A stretch of 61,907 nucleotides of DNA, counting the filler. It is 4 parts of 4 records of this genome, joined end to end, with 100 filler letters (N's around TTAATTAATTAA, not from the genome) between each part and the next. Parts side by side here need not be neighbours in the genome. Positions count along the whole stretch, not along the records: positions 1 to 17,011 come from DRR723986_30388; positions 17,112 to 22,970 come from DRR723986_30398; 2 more parts are not named here. One strand, 5' to 3'. The translations under genes were made by a program, and so were the position numbers. The notes beneath the pieces are model-generated. The model was given only the letters and a program-made list of their open reading frames with translations, did not search any database and was not told the origin of the DNA. Positions within the stretch are counted from its first letter, which is position 1. Every line of letters begins with the position of its first letter. Below are positions 9,301-19,186 of this stretch, piece after piece.

Positions 9301-9855
9301 GTGGATTTAGGAAATATAGTTTATATCGTCGCAGTCTTGGCCTATTTTATCTATCAGGCTACCAAAGGCAAAAAGAAAAACCAGACTGGAGATCAGCCAG
9401 AAATGCCTGATGAGCCTCAGGAAAAGCCAGTTACTTTTGAGGATCTGATGAGGGAAATCCGAGATGCGCAAAAACCAAAAACTGTAGAGCCAGCTAAGCC
9501 TAGAATGCAACCTACCCCAGTTGCACAGCCCAAGGAAGTGGTTTATGAGCGAGCTGGAGATACTAGTTCCAGGCCTGAGTGGAGAGCAGATCCTGCTCCT
9601 GCGGTGAAGAGGTTTCCTACCCGGAAATTAGAGGATGATGACGATGAGATTGAATACTATCAAGGTGCATTTGAAAAGACTAAGTCAGATTTAACTAAGA
9701 CTTCCAAGGGAATTCCAGAAATACCTTCCTTGAAAGAAGCGACGGTAGAATCTTCTAATTCTGGAAGAAATAGATATGCTCACCTGCTAAAGAACCCGCA
9801 AGGCATCAGAGATGCTGTGGTGCTTAAGGAGATCCTGGACAGAAAATATTTTTAG
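9301..9855 (+). CDS. Hypothetical protein with N-terminal membrane anchor
   Basis: 184 aa; TM helix, low-complexity linker, C-terminal RDAVVLKEILDRKY. Confidence 0.8.
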   Translation: MDLGNIVYIVAVLAYFIYQATKGKKKNQTGDQPEMPDEPQEKPVTFEDLMREIRDAQKPKTVEPAKPRMQPTPVAQPKEVVYERAGDTSSRPEWRADPAPAVKRFPTRKLEDDDDEIEYYQGAFEKTKSDLTKTSKGIPEIPSLKEATVESSNSGRNRYAHLLKNPQGIRDAVVLKEILDRKYF

Positions 9856-9983
9856 TAATTATTTTCAAACTTGAAATTGAAAATTTATTGAAGTCCTGTT
9901 TCTCTTGTGATTCTTCTATTGCAATTTTTTAAACCAAAAACATTCGCATCCACTCCTATGTTTTACTTCGTAATTACCAAAAA

Positions 9984-10487
9984 ATGGAAATTATGGAGCA
10001 GGTCAAATCTAAAACAGGAACCTTAAGTCAGTCCCGCCGGGAATTTATTGAGCGTGCGGGTATAAGTGTAGTAATGTCTTCATTTGGACTTACCTTTTTT
10101 ACTGGGTGCTCTGACTCTGAGGATCAAAACCCCACCAATCCTACTCCATCACCACCTACAATCACCACTGGAATCACAATTACAGGTAGTACAATTACGA
10201 TTGATTTAACTACTCAAACAGGACTTGCAGCGGCAGGTGGATGGTTATTGATTCTGAGTGCAAAGACCCTGGTGGTGAATGTGGGAGGAGCCTATATGGC
10301 AATGACCTCAGTTTGTACACATTCTGCCTGCGATCGTAATTGGACATTTACAAATAACAGGTTTACGTGTACCTGTCATGGCTCTCAGTTTGACACTTCT
10401 GGAAATGTGCTTCAAGGACCGGCAACTCAACCTTTGCAATCTTATGCAACAGCATTGAATGGTACATCTTTGACAATTACCAAGTAA
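9984..10487 (+). CDS. Rieske [2Fe-2S] protein, probable Tat-exported lipoprotein
   Basis: SRREF twin-Arg, FFTGC lipobox, CTHSAC and CTCHGS Rieske motifs. Confidence 0.9.
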   Translation: MEIMEQVKSKTGTLSQSRREFIERAGISVVMSSFGLTFFTGCSDSEDQNPTNPTPSPPTITTGITITGSTITIDLTTQTGLAAAGGWLLILSAKTLVVNVGGAYMAMTSVCTHSACDRNWTFTNNRFTCTCHGSQFDTSGNVLQGPATQPLQSYATALNGTSLTITK

Positions 10488-11026
10488 TGAAACGTCTACT
10501 ACTTTTCCTCTACTTTGTTAGCACTGTTGCACAATCTCAGACTTTTATCACGGAATCTGGATATGTGAATTTCCTTTCCAAAGCATCATTAAATGAATTT
10601 AACGGAGAGTCGGATCAATTGAAGGGTTTGATTGATCTCACCCAGAATTTATTGGATTTCTATATAGATCTCAACACGCTGGAAACAGGAATAGGACTTC
10701 GGGATAAGCATATGCGGGATAATTACCTGGAAACGGATAAATACCCATTTGCAGAATTTACCGGAAATTTGAGCGTCATTCCCACATTGATTTCTGGTAC
10801 AAAAACGCCGGTGACTGCCATTGGAAACTTTAAAATTCACGGGGTAGAACGGGAGATAGAAGTCCAAGGAACCTTAAGTAAGAATGCCGATGGTTATCTG
10901 GAATTGGAGGGAGGATTTGATGTGTTTTTATCAGATTATAACATTGAAATACCAAAACTGGTGTTCTACGAGCTTGCAGAAAAACAGGAAGTTACTTTCA
11001 ACGCAGTATTCAAACCCAAAAAATAG
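10487..11026 (+). CDS. YceI family lipid/polyisoprenoid-binding protein
   Basis: Signal peptide; TGIGLRDKHMR..YLETDKYP..F.G and IHGVERE motifs; TAATG overlap with upstream gene. Confidence 0.88.
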   Translation: MKRLLLFLYFVSTVAQSQTFITESGYVNFLSKASLNEFNGESDQLKGLIDLTQNLLDFYIDLNTLETGIGLRDKHMRDNYLETDKYPFAEFTGNLSVIPTLISGTKTPVTAIGNFKIHGVEREIEVQGTLSKNADGYLELEGGFDVFLSDYNIEIPKLVFYELAEKQEVTFNAVFKPKK

Positions 11027-11889
11027 TGAATCGATTTATACTAGTGATTCTCATGGCGATAATGCCATTTTCTCTTTTTGCACAACTGGAGCGAACTTTG
11101 GCAAATCCGGATCAACCAGTGGAATTAATTTTCCATGCCCCGCGTCACATTAATTTATTGACAGTAGAGCCGTTAAGTAAGAAATCCATGCACTTTGCCA
11201 TTATGCATACGTTTGGGACACTTGATGGCGGGATTCAAAACCTCTTTGGCTTGGATAATGGCGCCAATATTCAATTCAGTTTCGAATTTGCCCTAAGTGA
11301 AAAACTATCCGTGGCGGCATCTAGAAGTAGTAGAGATAAAGTTTACAATGTATTTGGACGTTATCACATTTTTCAGCAAACCCAAAGTGGGAGCAAGCCA
11401 TTCTCGTTGAGTGTTGCTGGGGGCGGAGGCGTGAATACATCGAAATACGACTTTCTTCCTGAGCCAGCTCCGAATTTTAGCGAGCGGATGAGTTATTTTG
11501 GTCAAGTAATGTTAGCGCGAAAGTTTTCTCCGAAAATCAGTTTTCAATTGACTCCAATGATGGCCTATTTTACTGATCCTCGGCCGGTTTATCAGATTGA
11601 GGGTACCGAAAATTTGTATTTGGCACTTGGTTTTAGCGGTAAATGGAAAGTAACTGATCGCTCCTCACTAGCTTTGCAATTCATCCCCAATTTGAATACA
11701 GATCTGAGAAGTAATTTTGGGATTGGTTGGGATGTAGAAGCCGGTGGACATGTTTTTCAGATGTATTTCGTAACCTCACAGGCCCTTAATGAACAGTATC
11801 TTTTAGCCGGAGGAAACGGTACTATTGGTGATGAGTTTCGATTGGGCTTTAATGTGAACCGTATTTTTGCCACAGGGAAGAAGAAATAA
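11026..11889 (+). CDS. Outer-membrane beta-barrel protein (DUF5777-like)
   Basis: Signal peptide; HTFG...LFGLD, GGHVFQ..TS, GFNVNR motifs; start overlaps yceI stop. Confidence 0.75.
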   Translation: MNRFILVILMAIMPFSLFAQLERTLANPDQPVELIFHAPRHINLLTVEPLSKKSMHFAIMHTFGTLDGGIQNLFGLDNGANIQFSFEFALSEKLSVAASRSSRDKVYNVFGRYHIFQQTQSGSKPFSLSVAGGGGVNTSKYDFLPEPAPNFSERMSYFGQVMLARKFSPKISFQLTPMMAYFTDPRPVYQIEGTENLYLALGFSGKWKVTDRSSLALQFIPNLNTDLRSNFGIGWDVEAGGHVFQMYFVTSQALNEQYLLAGGNGTIGDEFRLGFNVNRIFATGKKK

Positions 11890-11983
11890 CAGTTTGCGGT
11901 AGTCAGTTTGCAGATGCAGTAGTTTGACAGGAATGAATCAAACTTTTAGATCTTCGTACTTCCCAGTTCCAACTTCCGATGCC

Positions 11984-13567
11984 TCACTTTAGTCTATACT
12001 CACTCACGTTGATATTCCCGGTTTTATAAGTATTCATAAGCTGATAGTTTTTGTCAAGCCATTCTGAAATCTTCTCAATATCTTTCTGTTCCTCAGGATA
12101 GGCATGCACATAATAATCGTATATCAATACTTTTATTTGCTTTGGAAATTGGCTAGGATTTCTTGGGAACTGGTACATAGGAATGAGTAATTCCTGAGCA
12201 AATGAATCCTCTGGAAGTAAGACTTGTTTACTGAATTCCAAAAAGCTATGGGTGTATATAAGCTGTTTTGAATCAGTGTATTGAGTTTCTATTCTTAAGG
12301 TATTGATTAAATGTTCGTATTGCTTTAATTTTTGCTGATATGGAATAGCAATAATGGCAGGCGCAATTAGAATTACCCCCATAAAAATCGGGAAGATTTT
12401 CAAATTAGAAAACCAAACCCCTGCTGCTAATGCCAGATTGAAGAAAGCCATTTTTAAGTCCATTTGAATTAGGCTAATGCCAACCCCCAACAGCAACAGA
12501 GCAATTAAATAAATCTTCCAATTTTGGGAGTTTTTCCACTCTTTCCAGCCCATAGCAATCAACATACTCAGTATGGGAACTAGGATAATCAAATGTCTTG
12601 GATTGAGGTAAATAGGATTGTAGAAATCCAGCGTAGAGGTCATAAACCAAAAGCCGATCAGCAAGCATAAAAAAGCCAGAGAAAACTCAACTATCGGTGT
12701 TTTTCTTGACCTTAAACCCAAAGCGATCCCAGGTATGGCGAATACCATCCAGGCCCAGTATGAACGCTCTACAAAAGTGATTATTGGAAGAATAGTAAGT
12801 CTTTTAACTATGGACCAAAATCCCTTGTCTGCATAGGTGAATTCGGAGATGTAATGACCGGCATTGATGGAAGTAACCCGGTGGAGTGGATCGCCAAATT
12901 TGATCCAAAAATAGCCCAAATATCCTACAGAAAGTAGGATTCCTGTTACTAGAATAGCGGTATAGAATGTTTTGTTTAGGTTCTGCTTTTTCCAATCTAA
13001 GTAAAATAATAGAATAGGAAATGGCCCTAAAAGAACAATGGTTTCCTTGGTAAGAAAACCCATAAATAATGCTGCTATAAGTACAAAGCCTGCAATTGCT
13101 GGATTGCTTTTCCGGTAAACTGCTGCTGCAGGAACCAGGCAAGTCCACAGTACTAATAAGCTATCTGGATAGACCTTGGTCAGAAAATGCAGGAAATAGA
13201 CCTGTGTACAAAACCATAGTACCAATACCCAGGCTGGAGTAGATTTTGGAAGGATTTTCAGCAATAAGAATAGAGTTAGCCCATAGCTTAAGAATGAGAT
13301 TAAAGAGATCTTATGAGCATCAAAACCTAAAATATATCCAATTAATCCTGACGGAACATACGCTCCCCAACGACTGGAAAAGTGGTAATCATTGATCTCC
13401 ATCGTGCCTTCCCAAAACTTTTGCCCAGCAAGTAAATAGTAGATATCATCGCTAAACGTAATGCCATCAAAACCAAAGAGCCAGTAAGCAAATAGGAAGA
13501 GAAGGCCAGCTAAAAATGGGGTTTTAAAAGTATTTCTGAATGTATGGTGCTCAGGTGATAGGTTCAT
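11984..13567 (-). CDS. Integral-membrane glycosyltransferase (GT-C / ArnT-PMT-like)
   Basis: Many TM helices, SDD after first TM, YPD, TKE, PRH motifs. Confidence 0.75.
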   Translation of the reverse strand: MNLSPEHHTFRNTFKTPFLAGLLFLFAYWLFGFDGITFSDDIYYLLAGQKFWEGTMEINDYHFSSRWGAYVPSGLIGYILGFDAHKISLISFLSYGLTLFLLLKILPKSTPAWVLVLWFCTQVYFLHFLTKVYPDSLLVLWTCLVPAAAVYRKSNPAIAGFVLIAALFMGFLTKETIVLLGPFPILLFYLDWKKQNLNKTFYTAILVTGILLSVGYLGYFWIKFGDPLHRVTSINAGHYISEFTYADKGFWSIVKRLTILPIITFVERSYWAWMVFAIPGIALGLRSRKTPIVEFSLAFLCLLIGFWFMTSTLDFYNPIYLNPRHLIILVPILSMLIAMGWKEWKNSQNWKIYLIALLLLGVGISLIQMDLKMAFFNLALAAGVWFSNLKIFPIFMGVILIAPAIIAIPYQQKLKQYEHLINTLRIETQYTDSKQLIYTHSFLEFSKQVLLPEDSFAQELLIPMYQFPRNPSQFPKQIKVLIYDYYVHAYPEEQKDIEKISEWLDKNYQLMNTYKTGNINVSEYRLK

Positions 13568-13700
13568 AAGGGTTAGGTCAAAAATACCTAATTTCTAGTC
13601 TCTGCACTTATTAAAGCACATTTGGAATCTAATAATTTGTGCCAGAGGCACACAAATTAGGTAGGAATCGTATGTTGGAATAGTTGAGCTGCCGTAGGTA

Positions 13701-13740
13701 TGACACATTTTGTCAATTTTTTTACTGACAATACACGTCA
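13701..13740. promoter_or_regulatory. Two TGAC-N7-GTCA palindromes, candidate operators of the adjacent WYL regulator
   Basis: TGACACATTTTGTCA at 13701-13715 and TGACAATACACGTCA at 13726-13740. Confidence 0.6.
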
Positions 13741-13799
13741 ATAATGAAAATCCCTTTAGGCTTTTGCGTACTTTTAATATTCCAAATTCACAACTTATT

Positions 13800-14711
13800 A
13801 TGAGCCAGGCCGGAAAGATCGAACAGCAAAAAATTCTTCGCGTTTTCAAATTGATTAACCTTTTGCAAAGCAATATCGGCAAACCTGTGCATAGACTTGC
13901 GGAACTGCTGGAAACGGATGAACGCACTATTTATCGGTATTTCAAGCTGCTAGAGGCGTTGGGATTTGAGGTTATTAAAGAATTTAGCAAATACAAGATT
14001 CAGCAAAAAGCAGGTATGGATCAGACGCTGAATTATGGAACTTTCTCCCAAGAGGAAAGCCAGTGGCTCCGGTCTATGATAGAAAGCCAAGGTAAAGGCA
14101 ATTTGCTGCATGACTCTATTATTAAAAAACTGGATGTTCGATCGGAAGTGAAGCAGGGCACTGATCAGTTGTTCAAAGCTAACCTGAGTAGATTAGTTGA
14201 TGAAATTGGCCTCGGTATCCAGCAGAAAAAGCAAGTTTGGCTGAAGGATTACTATTCCTTGAGCTCCGATACTACCAGTGATCGCTTAGTGGAGCCAGTG
14301 GCATTCTCTTCAAATTATGAGACTATACATGCCTTCGAACCTGCAAGTAAAAGCATGAAGGTTTTTAAAATAGAGAGAATAGGGGAAGTAGTTTTAAGTC
14401 AGAGTCCTTGGAAATATGAATCCAAACATCAGCTTCCGGGTACTCAACTTTTTGGGTTTACGGGGAAGAGTAAGTTTCAGGTCAAATTAAAACTCAGTAA
14501 AAAAGCATACCAACTGATGATGGAAGAGCATCCTAATGCTCGCCCGTTTATGTCTATCAAAAATCGAAATCAATTCTATTTCCATGGTGAAGTACCTCAG
14601 CTTCCTGGATTAGGAAGGTTTATTTTGGGTTTACCGGGTGAAATAAAGGTGGAAGAAGGAGAGGAACTTAAAACGTATTTGGCTGAGCAACTATCTAAGA
14701 TGGTATTGTAA
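13800..14711 (+). CDS. HTH-WYL domain transcriptional regulator (YafY/PafBC/DriD-like)
   Basis: wHTH (LAELLETDERTIYRY), WYL domain (YYS...RLVEP...KVFKIERI), C-terminal WCX-like region; ATG at 13800 preferred over TTG at 13710. Confidence 0.9.
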   Translation: MSQAGKIEQQKILRVFKLINLLQSNIGKPVHRLAELLETDERTIYRYFKLLEALGFEVIKEFSKYKIQQKAGMDQTLNYGTFSQEESQWLRSMIESQGKGNLLHDSIIKKLDVRSEVKQGTDQLFKANLSRLVDEIGLGIQQKKQVWLKDYYSLSSDTTSDRLVEPVAFSSNYETIHAFEPASKSMKVFKIERIGEVVLSQSPWKYESKHQLPGTQLFGFTGKSKFQVKLKLSKKAYQLMMEEHPNARPFMSIKNRNQFYFHGEVPQLPGLGRFILGLPGEIKVEEGEELKTYLAEQLSKMVL

Positions 14712-14899
14712 ATAGCTGTTTTTTCTTGGTTGATAACGCCGTCACCAACCTTATCGGAATTGCTCTGTACAATATTTACCGGTTTTTCGAAATGTAGGAG
14801 ATTTGAATATTGATGTAAATAAGGCTACATGATCCATTGCAGATAATTGCATTTTTTTTTTAACTTATTGATTATTAATTTTTAAAACCTAAAATTTTT

Positions 14900-16456
14900 A
14901 TGAAGTATTTAAAAAACAATCAGATTTTTGGGCTGATTTTTATAGCCCTTTTTGTAGTCTCTTGTAGTACAGAAGAGCAGCCAACGGTCTCCCACGTGGA
15001 GTTTGCAGTATCAGATTCTGAAGTAATCCCTTCCTCTGAAATCGATCATATCATTCTCAAATCCCTGCAAGAATCAGGTGATTTTATCTGGGGAAATGAA
15101 TCCGATGAATTGATCTGGAGTGCTTTGATTCAAAGTGATTCTATTCTTAGCATAGGTTATCAGGCGAGTGGAAAGGAGCTGGTAAATGCTAGGATTGGGT
15201 TGGAATCCGTGGACAGCCCTGAGATGAAGGAAGCTGCCGGCAAAATCATAGGTATGATTTCGGGATTTTCTTCAAAAAAGTCGACCTCAAATATGAGAGA
15301 AACCGATGAGTTCGAAATTCATGAAGATCTACCTTACCTGGAGATGAAGGTTACCAGCCTTGAAGCACTTCAAAATCTAAGGAATATGTCTGAGGTAAGG
15401 TATTTCGAACCTAGAGGCTATGAGTTCGATTACAGCCTTTTAAACGCTAATCAATACGCCAGGCTAAGCAGTGATTCTGGATGTGAGAATGAGCCTCAAG
15501 CTATCTCAGGATCTGACTTTTCTATCATTTCTCCCGGAGCCAAGTCTTCCTGGAATTACGAACAGATGGGTATATCACAAGCTTGGAACCAAAGTACTGG
15601 CGCGGGAATTACTGTTGGTGTGATAGATACTGGGCTATCTCCAGATCAGCTATCTCTTAATGCTGGCTTCAATAGTGGGCAATCCGATGGTCGAACTGTA
15701 CAGAGCTTTGGGACTTATAAAACCGGCTACTGGTGGTGGAAGAAGTATGATGGTCCTAATGATCAATGTGGGCACGGTACAGCAATGGCTGGTGTAGTCG
15801 CTTCACCTAGAAACACAGTAGGCAATGCGGTTGGTGTTGCTTATAATTCTAACCTGATCAGTGTACGAGGAACAAGTGATGTGATTTTCAATTCAGGAAA
15901 TGAGAAAGACGGAGTCGCTGAGGCTTTGGTACTTTTAGGCAAAAGATCAGATGTGAAAATTATCAGCATGTCCATAGGTGATTTGTTCTCCAACTCCAAA
16001 GTGGCTGATGCAATTCGATATGCGCACAATAGAGGGAAATTGATTTTTGCTGCAGCGGGTACATCTACTACGTTTACGAATTGGGTTGGAGTAATTTTTC
16101 CAGCAACTATGACCGAAACTGTGGCGGTAACTGGTGTGAAAGAAGGAAATGGCTATCAACGATGTGATACTTGTCATTCAGGTTCTCAGGTGGAGTTCAC
16201 GGTGATCATGGAACGTGCTGGAACCAATACCAAGCCTTTGACTACAGCTTTATACAGTAATGATCCATCTACAGTAGGAGGTTCTTCTGTCGCAACGGCC
16301 ACCGCATCAGGAATCGCAGCTTTAGTGTGGGCGAAAAACCCGTCATGGACTAAAGATCAGGTATTAAATAAAATGAAAGTTACCTCAGATTTATACCCTT
16401 CCAAAAGCTCAGAGTTTGGCTATGGAAATCTGAATGCTCAGGCAGCAGTGAATTAG
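14900..16456 (+). CDS. S8 subtilase-family serine peptidase, lipoprotein
   Basis: VVSC lipobox; VIDTG, HGTAMAG, GGSSVATA catalytic motifs; FGYG near C-terminus. Confidence 0.9.
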   Translation: MKYLKNNQIFGLIFIALFVVSCSTEEQPTVSHVEFAVSDSEVIPSSEIDHIILKSLQESGDFIWGNESDELIWSALIQSDSILSIGYQASGKELVNARIGLESVDSPEMKEAAGKIIGMISGFSSKKSTSNMRETDEFEIHEDLPYLEMKVTSLEALQNLRNMSEVRYFEPRGYEFDYSLLNANQYARLSSDSGCENEPQAISGSDFSIISPGAKSSWNYEQMGISQAWNQSTGAGITVGVIDTGLSPDQLSLNAGFNSGQSDGRTVQSFGTYKTGYWWWKKYDGPNDQCGHGTAMAGVVASPRNTVGNAVGVAYNSNLISVRGTSDVIFNSGNEKDGVAEALVLLGKRSDVKIISMSIGDLFSNSKVADAIRYAHNRGKLIFAAAGTSTTFTNWVGVIFPATMTETVAVTGVKEGNGYQRCDTCHSGSQVEFTVIMERAGTNTKPLTTALYSNDPSTVGGSSVATATASGIAALVWAKNPSWTKDQVLNKMKVTSDLYPSKSSEFGYGNLNAQAAVN

Positions 16457-16470
16457 ATGTTTCATAAACT

Positions 16471-16508
16471 AAAAACGGTCTTGGAGTTCAATCCAAGACC
16501 GTTTTTTT
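16471..16508 (+). terminator. Intrinsic terminator, probably bidirectional
   Basis: AAAAACGGTCTTGGA-GTTCAA-TCCAAGACCGTTTTTTT between convergent genes. Confidence 0.9.
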
Positions 16509-16558
16509 ATGCCTTAACTGATATTGAATAATAATAAAATCAAAGGGGTATTTTGCAC

Positions 16559-16864
16559 TTACCTTGTACGATTGTTAACAAGAATATTTCCAACTACAAT
16601 CAGGACCAACATCCCAACTATAGTCACTAAAATGAATATGTTGCTTAAAGAGGGCTGATTTAACCAGATTGCAGCAAAGTGTGCTGTAATACTTATCATC
16701 CCCATAATTCCAAATACAATAGCAGTAAATGTAGGTAATCCATTGGCCTCAGCATTTTCTTTATCGCTATTGGATAAGCTATTGTAACCTGCCAATAGGC
16801 CAGGATAGAATTTTACTGCGACGGCAATCGCAATATATAATAAGCCTACATAGATACTTTCCAT
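16559..16864 (-). CDS. Small membrane protein (DUF3784-like)
   Basis: 101 aa, three TM segments, LLAGYNSLS..KE motif. Confidence 0.75.
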   Translation of the reverse strand: MESIYVGLLYIAIAVAVKFYPGLLAGYNSLSNSDKENAEANGLPTFTAIVFGIMGMISITAHFAAIWLNQPSLSNIFILVTIVGMLVLIVVGNILVNNRTR

Positions 16865-17011
16865 GATAATTATAGTAATAGTTTAAAAATACAATATGAT
16901 TATCCGCAAAGATGCCAGTCCCCTTAGATTCTTTACTTATTTAGTCGGTAGACCGATAAGCGATGCGGGCTCAATTCTTAATTTAAGATATCCTTTTTTG
17001 CTTTTGACTCC

Positions 17012-17111
17012 NNNNNNNNNNNNNNNNNNNNNNNNNNNNNNNNNNNNNNNNNNNNTTAATTAATTAANNNNNNNNNNNNNNNNNNNNNNNNNNNNNNNNN
17101 NNNNNNNNNNN
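17012..17111. other. Artificial contig linker
   Basis: N44-TTAATTAATTAA-N44; composition changes across it. Confidence 0.98.
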
Positions 17112-17146
17112 TCCGCTGAGCCATTACCGAATTAATCAGAGCTGCC

Positions 17147-19027
17147 TTAAATATGCTGAGCTTCGTGGACGTCGGCGTAGCGTTTAGCCCAGTCTGAGAA
17201 GGCTTCGGCATTTAGCGCGGGGGTGTAGAGGAAGCCCTGTACCATGTCGCAGTGATGATCTTTTAGCAGGCGTCGCTGTTGCAGGTTTTCGACACCCTCG
17301 GCAATAACCGACATGCCGAAGCTGTGCGCCATCGCAATAATGGCGTTTACCAGCGTGACGCTATCTTGGCTTTGGTCGATATCGTGAACAAAGCTGCGAT
17401 CGATTTTTAGAATATCGAAGGGGTAGCGCTTCAAGTAGCTGAGCGAAGCGTAGCCGGTGCCGAAATCATCCAGCGACAGGCGAACGCCGAGCGCCTTCAA
17501 TTCCTGGAAGCACTGGCGGAGATTGGGTGTATCGTTGATCAACAGGCCTTCGGTGATCTCGAGTTCCAACTGCCGTGCCGGCAGACCCGATTGCTGCAGA
17601 GCGCGCCGCACCGTATCGACAATCTCGGACTCTTCAAACTGCCGCGCAGAGATATTCACAGCAATGTTAATCTCGGGCAGCCCGGCGCGCCGCCACCGCA
17701 TTGCCTGTTGGCAGGCGTTGATCATCACCCACTCGCCGATCATGCCAATCATGCCGCACTCTTCCGCAACGGAGATAAACTGATCCGGGCCGGGGTTGCG
17801 CAGTTCGTTATTGTGCCAGCGCAGCAGTACCTCCGCGGCAACCAGGCGGTTGCTGCCAAGCTCGATAACAGGTTGAAAGTGCAGCTTAAATTCATCGCGC
17901 TCTATCGCGCGGCGCAGTTGCGACTCTGTTTCCAGCCGGTATTCGGCCTGGCTGCTCATACCCGCTTGATAGAAAGAGAATTGGTTGCCGCCTTTGCCCT
18001 TCGCCGCAAACATTGCCGCTTCGGCCCTGCGTAACAGGGTTTCGGCGTCGCGGCCGTGGTCGGGATACTGGCTGATACCAATACTGGCTGAGACGTTAAT
18101 CTCGTTGGTGTCTATCAGGTAGCGCTCACTCACCTTGCTCAGCACGGTTTCGGCGAAAATACTGGCTTCATCACTGCAGCTGCCCTCGCCGAGAATGATC
18201 AAGAATTCGTCGGCGCCCAAGTGAGCGAGTAGCTGTTCGTCGTTGATACAGCGTCGCAGGCGCTCGGCTGTCTCTCGAAATAGGCGATCCACCACGTGGT
18301 GGCCCAGCGAGTCGTTTATAAAGCGGATTCGGTCGAGGTCGAGGTGCAAAATGGCAAATCCGCTGGCGTCCTCGCCCTGCTGTTCAATAGTGCGCTGCAG
18401 ATTTTTTAATGCCAGTTGGCGATTGGGCAAACCGGTTAACACGCTGTAGTGTTCGCGAACAAAAAGCCGGTTGGCGATCGCCTTGTTCTCAGAAATATCC
18501 TCACAGCTAAATATATAGTGTTCTATATTGCCCTGTTCGTCTTTGGTCGCCGAGGCCACCGCGGCAACATATTCCTCGCGGTCGGCGAGCTGAATATGTA
18601 GCTCGCCCTCCCAGCTTCGGCCTTGCTCAATTGTGCTGCGAATGCGTTGGCGCGTTTCCTCGGAAATCAGCGATAGCAGTCGCTCTATGTCGGCGGTGTC
18701 CGGAACGCTGTCATCACTGATGCCGCTGAGGCTGTGAAACTTCTGGTTGGTGTAGATGGGCCGAAAGTGCTTGTTGAGCAAAATCAATGCGGCGGGGCTG
18801 TGATCCAACAAGGCCTGCAATTGCTGCTCTTTCGCCTGGCTGCGGCCGAGTCGTGTGCGCAGCGCGTCCAGCTTGCCGCTAAAGGCGATCAGGAAGCACA
18901 GCATACTCATCGTGAAGATGGCCAGGGCTAATACCGCCGAATCGTAGCGGTTTTCAGGCAGTAACAGGCTTGCGGCTGCTAAGGAGGCCGAGCTGGCGAG
19001 TGCTAGGGCGAGTTGCGCGTAAGCCAT
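17147..19027 (-). CDS. Membrane-anchored PAS-GGDEF-EAL protein, probable c-di-GMP phosphodiesterase
   Basis: 2 TM, PAS, LTGLPNR, degenerate GADEF, EVLLRW, DDFGTGY, EGVE, QGF. Confidence 0.92.
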   Translation of the reverse strand: MAYAQLALALASSASLAAASLLLPENRYDSAVLALAIFTMSMLCFLIAFSGKLDALRTRLGRSQAKEQQLQALLDHSPAALILLNKHFRPIYTNQKFHSLSGISDDSVPDTADIERLLSLISEETRQRIRSTIEQGRSWEGELHIQLADREEYVAAVASATKDEQGNIEHYIFSCEDISENKAIANRLFVREHYSVLTGLPNRQLALKNLQRTIEQQGEDASGFAILHLDLDRIRFINDSLGHHVVDRLFRETAERLRRCINDEQLLAHLGADEFLIILGEGSCSDEASIFAETVLSKVSERYLIDTNEINVSASIGISQYPDHGRDAETLLRRAEAAMFAAKGKGGNQFSFYQAGMSSQAEYRLETESQLRRAIERDEFKLHFQPVIELGSNRLVAAEVLLRWHNNELRNPGPDQFISVAEECGMIGMIGEWVMINACQQAMRWRRAGLPEINIAVNISARQFEESEIVDTVRRALQQSGLPARQLELEITEGLLINDTPNLRQCFQELKALGVRLSLDDFGTGYASLSYLKRYPFDILKIDRSFVHDIDQSQDSVTLVNAIIAMAHSFGMSVIAEGVENLQQRRLLKDHHCDMVQGFLYTPALNAEAFSDWAKRYADVHEAQHI

Positions 19028-19186
19028 AGTCCATCTTTTGTGTCAGATTACGGCGCTATGATGGCAGGCAAGGGCCATTTTCGCCAGCATTGTTGCTGAC
19101 TGTCCTTCCTTGTAATGGCGCATTTATTGATAATAGGGTATTAGTGTCGCCCAATAACGATAAATCTGCTGTAAACGAGGCTAAGG

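Noticed and set aside
13595-13927. 110-aa minus-strand ORF opposite the WYL gene start
   Set aside because: Overlaps the WYL gene and operators antisense, no recognisable motifs; other nested short ORFs in the track were dismissed likewise
17056-17067. TTAATTAATTAA palindrome recurring three times
   Set aside because: Identical six-frame-stop linker inside N runs; not biological
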